NCBI GenBank assembly: GCA_043819135.1
Contig: JBDRFG010000161.1
Location: forward strand, 1 to 16,873
From: Candidatus Eiseniibacteriota bacterium
GTDB taxonomy: Bacteria; Joyebacterota; Joyebacteria; Joyebacterales; Joyebacteraceae
Length of the DNA: 16,873 nt
Direction of reading: 5' to 3'
Shown here: piece after piece, positions 10,423-16,873 of the stretch
Layout: every line of letters begins with the position of its first letter
How positions within the stretch are numbered: the first letter of the stretch is position 1
The notes under the pieces: model-generated
What the model was told of the DNA's origin: nothing
What the model saw: the letters and a program-made list of their open reading frames with translations, nothing else
The model's database searches: none
Translations under genes and position numbers: made by a program

Positions 10423-11753
10423 GATGCGTTCTCCTTCACGGGTTCCCCGGTCCTCTCCTCAGCCATGCAGAGCCTCTCGAATACCGTATCAGCGTGTGCC
10501 ATGTGTCTCTCGAGACTGAACGCGTCCTCTATCCCCTCCTCGCCGAGGACATCCAGGACCGTCGCGTCGCGCGACAGGGTCTCCCTGAACGACTCGCCAG
10601 ACTTTCTCGCCTCCATCGCCGCGGCCTGGACGCGGTCGTAGGCGTCGTCCCTCGAGAGTCCGCTCTCGACCAGACGCGTCAGGACCGTCCCCGAGAACGC
10701 GAGGCCGCTCGAGGCCTCGAGGTTCTCGAGCATCTTCTTGGGGCGGATGTCGAGCCCGCTGACCACAGCAGCGAACTTGACCGTCATGTAGTGCGCGATG
10801 ATCGAGCTGTCGGGTAGGATGACGCGTTCGACCGACGAGTGCGAGATGTCGCGCTCGTGCCAGAGCTCGATGTTCTCCATCCCCGCGAGGGCGTTCCCTC
10901 GCAGAAGCCTGGCGAGTCCGCACATCTGCTCGCACTTGATGGGGTTCTTCTTGTGCGGCATGGCCGAGCTGCCCTTCTGCTTACGACCGAACCCCTCCAG
11001 TATCTCGCCGGTCTCGGTGCGCGCGAGCAGTCGAACCTCGAGCGCCTGCCGGGCAATGACGCCTCCCAGAAGCGCCAGCGACGAGAGGTACCGGGCGTGG
11101 CGGTCACGTGAGACCACCTGGTTCGAGACGTCCGCCGCCCGAATGCCCAGCGCCTCGCAGACCATCTCCTCCACGCGCGGGTCAAGGTTGGCGTAGGTGC
11201 CCACGGCCCCCGAGAGCTTCCCGACCGCCGCGCCCCCCACGGCGAGCGCCACGGCGTCGCCCACGCGCGACAGCTCGTCCCACCAGTAGGCGAACTTGAC
11301 CCCGAGCGACATCGGCTCGGCGTGCACTCCGTGTGTCCGCCCGATGATGGGCGTGCTCCGGTGCTCGAGCGCCAGCTTCCTCACGGCGTCGGTCAGGTCG
11401 TCGAGCGCTTCCAGGATGAGGTGTCCCGACTTCGATATCTGCACGCCGGTCGCCGTGTCGAGGATGTCCGAGCTGGTCATGCCGAGGTGGATGTACCGCG
11501 CGTCCTCCCCGACCTTCTCCCCCAGCGCCTTCAGGAACGCGATGACGTCGTGGTGCGTCTCGCGCTCGAGTTCCTGCATGCGCCCGATGTCGAGCGACGC
11601 GTTCTCCTCGATGCGCGCGGCGGCTTCCCTGGGCACCTTGCCGAGTTCGGCCCACGCCTTGACCGCCTCGACCTCTATCCTGACCCAGAGCGCGAGCTTG
11701 ATCTGCTCGTCCCAGATCGCGGCCATCTCGGGTATTGAGTATCTCTCGATCAT
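10419..11753 (-). CDS. purB: Adenylosuccinate lyase
   Basis: MIERYS, HDVIAF, HLGMTSSD, GRTHGVHAEP, GSSAMPHKKNP, HERDISHSSVER. Confidence 0.98.
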   Translation of the reverse strand: MIERYSIPEMAAIWDEQIKLALWVRIEVEAVKAWAELGKVPREAAARIEENASLDIGRMQELERETHHDVIAFLKALGEKVGEDARYIHLGMTSSDILDTATGVQISKSGHLILEALDDLTDAVRKLALEHRSTPIIGRTHGVHAEPMSLGVKFAYWWDELSRVGDAVALAVGGAAVGKLSGAVGTYANLDPRVEEMVCEALGIRAADVSNQVVSRDRHARYLSSLALLGGVIARQALEVRLLARTETGEILEGFGRKQKGSSAMPHKKNPIKCEQMCGLARLLRGNALAGMENIELWHERDISHSSVERVILPDSSIIAHYMTVKFAAVVSGLDIRPKKMLENLEASSGLAFSGTVLTRLVESGLSRDDAYDRVQAAAMEARKSGESFRETLSRDATVLDVLGEEGIEDAFSLERHMAHADTVFERLCMAEERTGEPVKENAS

Positions 11754-11756
11754 CCG

Positions 11757-13346
11757 CTACTCCCACTCTATCGTAGAGGGCGGCTTCGAGCTGATGTCGT
11801 AGCACACCCGGTTGACACCCCGGACCTCGTTGATGATGCGTGTCGATATCCGTTCCAGGACCTCGTGGGGCATCTTGAACCAGTGCGCGGTCATCCCGTC
11901 CAGCGAGTCCACGGCCCGGACGACGACCACGTTCTCGTACGTTCTCTCGTCGCCCATGACGCCGACAGTCTTGATGGGCAGGAGAACGGCGAACGCCTGC
12001 CAGATGTCGTCGTAGAGCCCGGCCTTCCTCATCTCCGCTATTGCGATGGCGTCCGCCTCCTGGAGGATGGCGACCCTCTCGCGGGTCACCTCGCCGAGAA
12101 TGCGGACCGCGAGTCCCGGTCCCGGGAACGGGTGCCGACCCAGGATGTCCGGGTCGATGCCCAGTTCCGCTCCCACCTTCCGGACCTCGTCCTTGAAGAG
12201 CGTCTTCAGGGGCTCGATGAGTTCGAGGTTCATGTGCTCGGGCAGGCCGCCCACGTTGTGATGGCTCTTGATGGTCGCCGAGGGGCCCTTGACCGAGACG
12301 CTCTCGATGACGTCGGGGTAGAGCGTCCCCTGCGCGAGGAACCTGGCGTCGCCGACCTTCTTCGCTTCCTCCTCGAAGACGCGGATGAACTCGGTGCCGA
12401 TGATCTTGCGTTTCTTCTCCGGGTCATCGACCCCGGCGAGCTTGTCGAGGAAGCGCGCGCGCGCGTCGACTATGTCGACCTTGAGGTTCAGCTTGGTGCG
12501 CAGCCGCTCGATGACGTCGTGGTCCTCGTTCTTCCTGAGCACCCCGTTGTCGACGAAGATGGGAATGAGATTGTCGCCGATGGCCCTGTGGATGAGCACC
12601 GACATCACCGACGAGTCGACGCCGCCCGAGAGCGCGCAGACCACCTTCGCATCGCCGACCTGCTTCCGGATGGCCGCGATCGTCTCCTCTACGAACGAGG
12701 CTGGCGACCAGTTGCTCGGGATGCCGCAGATCTCGTGGACGTAGTTCTCGAGGATTCGCTTCCCCCTCTCCGTGTGCACTACTTCCGGGTGGAACTGGAG
12801 GCCGTAGAAGCGCAGCTCGTCCGAGCCTATCGACGCGACCTTGCCGTCGGCGCTCCGCCCCAGAACCTCAAAGCCCTCCGGTGGAACCTCTACCTCGTCG
12901 CCGTGGCTCATCCAGACCTTGGTCGCTCCGGTGAGCCCCCCGAAGAGCGCGTGAGAGCCAGAAGGCTCGAAGCCCATGGGGCCGTATTCTCGCGTCGTCC
13001 CCGACGTCACCCTTCCTCCCAGCGCCTCCGTCATGGCCTGCATGCCGTAGCAGATACCGAGGACCGGGATGCCCAGCTCGTAGATGCCGGGGTCGGGTTT
13101 GGGGGCGTCGTCGCCGTAGATGCTGAACGGGCTGCCGGAGAGGATGATGGCGCCCGTGCCCTCCGCGATCTCCGGGGGGGGCGCGTCGAACCTGAGGACC
13201 TCGGAGTACACGCCGCACTCACGCACGCGCCGTGCGATCAGGTGCGTGTACTGCGACCCGAAGTCGAGGATGACGACGCGGGTGCGGCGCGCGCCGGTCA
13301 CGTCGTTCGCTCCAGCATTCGGTGCAGCGAGGGACTGCCTGCTCAT
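11757..13346 (-). CDS. guaA: GMP synthase (glutamine-hydrolysing)
   Basis: [57 protein letters not shown]. Start placed at ATG 13346 behind AGGAG (13361 is the alternative). Confidence 0.97.
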   Translation of the reverse strand: MSRQSLAAPNAGANDVTGARRTRVVILDFGSQYTHLIARRVRECGVYSEVLRFDAPPPEIAEGTGAIILSGSPFSIYGDDAPKPDPGIYELGIPVLGICYGMQAMTEALGGRVTSGTTREYGPMGFEPSGSHALFGGLTGATKVWMSHGDEVEVPPEGFEVLGRSADGKVASIGSDELRFYGLQFHPEVVHTERGKRILENYVHEICGIPSNWSPASFVEETIAAIRKQVGDAKVVCALSGGVDSSVMSVLIHRAIGDNLIPIFVDNGVLRKNEDHDVIERLRTKLNLKVDIVDARARFLDKLAGVDDPEKKRKIIGTEFIRVFEEEAKKVGDARFLAQGTLYPDVIESVSVKGPSATIKSHHNVGGLPEHMNLELIEPLKTLFKDEVRKVGAELGIDPDILGRHPFPGPGLAVRILGEVTRERVAILQEADAIAIAEMRKAGLYDDIWQAFAVLLPIKTVGVMGDERTYENVVVVRAVDSLDGMTAHWFKMPHEVLERISTRIINEVRGVNRVCYDISSKPPSTIEWE

Positions 13347-13364
13347 CGGCTCTCCTCTCATCCC

Positions 13365-14525
13365 CTACCTGTACATCCCCACACCTTGGCTCCGCTGCAT
13401 CAGCTTGCCCTCGGACCTGATGGAGGGGGCGATGATGAGTTCGGCCTGCTGAAGCTCGAAGATGTTCTTCGCGCCGACGGCGCCCATGCAGGTCCTGAGC
13501 GCGCCGAGGAGGTTCTGCGTTCCGTCGTCGGTCCGTGCGGGACCGGTGATTATCTCCTCGAGCGTTCCCGTCGTGCCCGTCTTGATCCTGGCGCCGCGCG
13601 GAAGAGCGATGTGCGGGGTCGCCATGCCCCAGTGGTATCCGCGGCCCGGCGCTTCCTTCGCCCGCGCCATCGCGGAACCGATCATCACGGCGTCGGCGCC
13701 CGACGCGAACGCCTTGCAGACGTCGCCGCCGGTGTCCATGCCACCGTCCGTGATGACTGGCACGTACCTGCCCGTGCGCTTCATGAAGAGGTCGCGCGCC
13801 GCCGCGGCGTCGACCGTCGCCGTCACCTGCGGAACGCCTATGCCCAGCACTCCGCGCGTCGTGCAGGCCGCCCCTGGCCCCACGCCGATGAGAACGGCGT
13901 CGGCACCGGCCTCCATCAGGTCGAGCGTGACGCCGTACGTCACGCAGTTCCCGACGATAACGGGGATTCCCATGTCGTCTATGAACGTCTGGAGGTCGAG
14001 CGTCTCGTATGCGGTGGAGATGTGATCGATGGTCGCGACCGTCGACTGGACGACGAAGATGTCCGCTCCCGCCTCCTCCGCCAGCTTCCCGAACCTCGCC
14101 GCCGCCATCGGCGTCGCCGAGACCGCCACCACGGCTCCCGCGTCCTTGATCTCCTGGATGCGCTTCCCGATCAGCTTCTCCTTGATCGGGGGCGCGTAGA
14201 GCTTTTGCACGAGCTGTGTCGCCGTGTCGGGTCCGGCCTCCGCGATCTCATCGAGGATCTTGCCCGGCTCCTCGTATCGCGTCTGCACACCCTCGAGGTT
14301 CAGCACACCGAGGCCGCCGAGCTTCGACATCTGGACCGCCATCTTCGTGTCGACGACCCCATCCATCGCCGCGGCGAGGAAGGGGACCGTGAACTTCAGG
14401 TCACGAAGCTCCCAGGTCGTGTCGACTTCTTCCGGGTTGATGGTGACTCGACCGGGTACGATAGCGATTTCATCGAAGCCGTAGGCGCGCCTCGCCTTTC
14501 TGCCACGCCCAACATAGATGCTCAT
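13365..14525 (-). CDS. guaB3: GuaB3-family IMP dehydrogenase (no CBS domains)
   Basis: GRGRKARRAYGFDEIAIVP N-terminus, AAMDGVVD, GVLNLEG, catalytic loop GVGPGAACTTR, YHWGMATP, LPRG; 386 aa; GAGGAGG RBS. Confidence 0.9.
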   Translation of the reverse strand: MSIYVGRGRKARRAYGFDEIAIVPGRVTINPEEVDTTWELRDLKFTVPFLAAAMDGVVDTKMAVQMSKLGGLGVLNLEGVQTRYEEPGKILDEIAEAGPDTATQLVQKLYAPPIKEKLIGKRIQEIKDAGAVVAVSATPMAAARFGKLAEEAGADIFVVQSTVATIDHISTAYETLDLQTFIDDMGIPVIVGNCVTYGVTLDLMEAGADAVLIGVGPGAACTTRGVLGIGVPQVTATVDAAAARDLFMKRTGRYVPVITDGGMDTGGDVCKAFASGADAVMIGSAMARAKEAPGRGYHWGMATPHIALPRGARIKTGTTGTLEEIITGPARTDDGTQNLLGALRTCMGAVGAKNIFELQQAELIIAPSIRSEGKLMQRSQGVGMYR

Positions 14526-14609
14526 CGAGACCTCCTCAATTGGGGACCCGCTCCGGAGTGATATTCGGTTTTGTCAGCGTTTTGCGTATGCGTTTTCGAA
14601 GGAGCGCCC

Positions 14610-14638
14610 ATACTACTCGACCGCTCCCGGTACGTCTA
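14610..14638 (-). promoter_or_regulatory. Putative internal sigma70 promoter for guaB3-guaA-pur genes
   Basis: TAGACG (14638-14633), 17-nt spacer, TAGTAT (14615-14610), followed by an A-rich leader. Confidence 0.5.
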
Positions 14639-14641
14639 CGT

Positions 14642-15226
14642 CTATTCCGGTCGACTGCCCGGCTTTTCGATCGGCACTCCGGCCTCGCAGAGCGGGCAGT
14701 TGTCCGGCTCGTAGACCTCCAGCTGCCGCCCCTCGAGGAGTGCCTTCGTCGACCCGGGCAGGTCGAGTGGCTGTCTGCTCCTGTCCATGATGAACCCGAA
14801 GCCCACCGTCTTACCGCCGGCGGCAGCCACAGCCTCCGCGACTTCCTTCACGGACCCGCCGGTCGTCACCACGTCCTCGATGATGAGGACCCTATCCCCC
14901 GGTGCTATCCGGAAGCCTCTCCGGAACGACATGCCTGATTCCCCGCGCTCCGCGAAGAGCGAACGGACGCCGAGGGCCCGAGCCACCTCGTGCCCGATGA
15001 CGATGCCTCCGATCGCCGGCGAGACCACGACGTCCACCTGCGCGTTCCTGTAGAGGTCGGCGAGCATACCGCCCAGCTCCGCGGCCATCTCGGGGTGCTC
15101 GAGGACCTTCGCGCACTGGCAGTATTCGTCGCTGTGGAGGCCGGACGTCAGCCTGAAGTGGCCCCTCATGAGCGCGCCCGAGCGGACCATGAGCTCCACC
15201 GTCCTGTCGGCGGTTATCGTGCTCAT
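14642..15226 (-). CDS. pyrE: Orotate phosphoribosyltransferase
   Basis: GHFRLTSGLHS, PAIGGI, PRPP-binding VLIIEDVVTTGGS, C-terminal CPLC...KPGSR. Confidence 0.96.
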   Translation of the reverse strand: MSTITADRTVELMVRSGALMRGHFRLTSGLHSDEYCQCAKVLEHPEMAAELGGMLADLYRNAQVDVVVSPAIGGIVIGHEVARALGVRSLFAERGESGMSFRRGFRIAPGDRVLIIEDVVTTGGSVKEVAEAVAAAGGKTVGFGFIMDRSRQPLDLPGSTKALLEGRQLEVYEPDNCPLCEAGVPIEKPGSRPE

Positions 15227-15924
15227 TGCGGCACCTCCGCGGGGGCCATCTCATCCAGTATCATCCTGGCCGCGCTGGCCGGGTTCTCCGCCTTCGTGAT
15301 GGGCCTGCCGACCACGATGTAGTCGGCCCCGTTGGCTATGGCCACCTCCGGCGTCGCCACGCGGCGCTGGTCGTTCTTCGCGGACCAGGCCGGGCGGATG
15401 CCCGGGGTGACGATCAGGAAGTCAGTGCCCAGCTCTTCCCTCACCGCCTTCGCTTCCCACGCCGAGGACACCACGCCGTCCACGCCCGCGTTCCTGGCGC
15501 GTTCGGCCAGCGCGAGCACCTCGTCCACGGTGGACGACATGCTCGTCAGGACCGTGATGGCCAGGACGCGCGGCGCTGCGATCCCCAGCCGCGAAGCCTC
15601 CTCCTTGCTCGCCTCGACGGCCGCCCTCATCATTTCCTCGCCGCCCATGGCGTGGACATCGAAGAAGTCGACTCCGAGCCCGGTCGCCGCTTCCGCGGCC
15701 TCGGCGACTGTGTTGGGGATGTCGTGGAACTTGAGGTCGAGGAAGACGCCGTTGCCGGCGTTCTTGAGTTCCCGGACGAGGTCCGGACCCTCGGCGGTGA
15801 AGAGCCTCCCGCCGACCTTGAAGTACGACGCGCAGTCAGCCGTCGCTGATGCGAGGTCGAGCGCCTGCTCGCGCGTCGGAACATCCAGTGCAACCATCAG
15901 TCTGCTCACGCCGTCTCCGTGCAT
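15223..15924 (-). CDS. pyrF: Orotidine-5'-phosphate decarboxylase
   Basis: VALD, FLDLKFHDIPNTV, TVLTS, VTPGIRP, DQRR, VVGRPI. Confidence 0.97.
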   Translation of the reverse strand: MHGDGVSRLMVALDVPTREQALDLASATADCASYFKVGGRLFTAEGPDLVRELKNAGNGVFLDLKFHDIPNTVAEAAEAATGLGVDFFDVHAMGGEEMMRAAVEASKEEASRLGIAAPRVLAITVLTSMSSTVDEVLALAERARNAGVDGVVSSAWEAKAVREELGTDFLIVTPGIRPAWSAKNDQRRVATPEVAIANGADYIVVGRPITKAENPASAARMILDEMAPAEVPQ

Positions 15925-16844
15925 GCCCTCTTCTCCTCTCGTGCCGCCCCTACCAGTTCCTCGATCGAACCTATCTCGTTTCCTTCCATATATCTTCTCA
16001 GTCCGTCCGCGATCTCCCCGGGCGCCTCGGGGTTCGCGAAGAGCGCCGTGCCCACCTGCACGGCGACCGCTCCCGCGGCCAGGAACTCCAGCGCGTCACC
16101 CGCGTCGGCCACGCCGCCGGAACCTACGACCGGGATCGAGACGTGTCCCGCGACCTTCCAGACCAGCGCGAGGTTGACCGGCAGGAGCGCCCTGCCCGAA
16201 AGGCCTCCGGTGACGTTCCCGAGCGCGGGTCTCATGCGCGCGACGTCGATGCGCATGCCGGGAAGCGTGTTTGCGACCGTCAGCGCGTCTGCCCCGGCCC
16301 GCTCGGCGGCCTCGGCAACGCTCAGGATGTCCGAGGTGTTCGGCGAGAGCTTGAGCAGGAGCATCTTCGTCGTGGCCGTGCGCGCGACCGAGACGATCTC
16401 CTCGACCGCCCGCGGGTCCGCCCAGACCGGGCTGCGCGGACGCTCGACGTTCGGACACGAGATGTTGAGCTCTATCGCCGAGACCTCCTCGCGCGCTCCA
16501 ACCGCCGCGGCCAGCCGGCCGAACTCCTCCGGCGCCGTGCCGGCGATGCTGGCGATCACGGGCACTGGAAGCCGGGCCGCCTCGGGCAGCTTCTCGTCCA
16601 GGAATCGTTTGAGCCCGACGTTCTCGAGCCCGATGGCGTTCAGAAGTCCTCCCGGCGTCTCGACGAGCCGGGGCGGGACGTTACCCTCGCGCGGCTCGAC
16701 GGTGATGGTCTTGGTCACAATGGCGCCGACGGCCCCGAGGTCGATGACCCCCTCGTACTCGGTCCCGTAGCCGACCGCGCCGGAGGCCAGCATCACCGGG
16801 GTCTTCATCGTGAGGTCGCCTATGCGGGTCGTGAGGTCAGGCAC
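15906..16844 (-). CDS. pyrD: Dihydroorotate dehydrogenase, family 1 (probably 1B catalytic subunit)
   Basis: PREGN, NAIGLEN, ELNISCPN, KLSPN, GGLSG, AVQVGTA; GGAGG RBS before GTG. Confidence 0.96.
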   Translation of the reverse strand: MPDLTTRIGDLTMKTPVMLASGAVGYGTEYEGVIDLGAVGAIVTKTITVEPREGNVPPRLVETPGGLLNAIGLENVGLKRFLDEKLPEAARLPVPVIASIAGTAPEEFGRLAAAVGAREEVSAIELNISCPNVERPRSPVWADPRAVEEIVSVARTATTKMLLLKLSPNTSDILSVAEAAERAGADALTVANTLPGMRIDVARMRPALGNVTGGLSGRALLPVNLALVWKVAGHVSIPVVGSGGVADAGDALEFLAAGAVAVQVGTALFANPEAPGEIADGLRRYMEGNEIGSIEELVGAAREEKRACTETA

Positions 16845-16873
16845 GCGTCAGTTCCTCCAGGACCAGCTCGCTC
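16837..16873 (-). CDS. 3' end of an upstream gene, probably the DHODH electron-transfer subunit PyrK
   Basis: Frame reads ...SELVLEELTRA* with the stop overlapping the pyrD start; identity inferred only from the usual pyrK-pyrD order. Confidence 0.4.
   Translation of the reverse strand, partial: SELVLEELTRA

Noticed and set aside
11865..14561. 898-aa plus-strand ORF
   Set aside because: Antisense shadow of guaA and guaB3, expected from GC-rich codon bias; no recognisable motifs.
14633..14644. Tandem TAGACG duplication at the pyrE stop
   Set aside because: Only 2 x 6 nt; explained by the stop codon plus the -35 box, with no sign of an insertion.

Overview
GC-rich bacterial window with every credible gene on the minus strand. 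In transcription order (right to left): probable pyrK tail, pyrD, pyrF, pyrE, a GuaB3-type IMP dehydrogenase, guaA, purB, purC, purF, purH, purE, purA, then folE2, a small EF-Tu domain-II-like protein, a degenerate SatD-like HTH protein, a CxxC lipoprotein, a TPR/TonB-C protein and an HDAC-family deacetylase that runs off the left edge. It is a tightly coupled pyrimidine/purine/GTP/folate cluster lacking purD, purN/T, purSQL, purM and purK. The most notable non-coding signal is a structured element present twice, just after the purH and purA stops (cores 4562-4625 and 6534-6645). It has conserved arms, three compensatory base-pair changes, a conserved internal loop and a variable tip, and I cannot assign it to a known RNA family. 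A weaker shared GGAGCG/CGCTC/GGAGCG layout precedes purF and guaB3. Protein calls come from motif recognition by eye, not database searches.
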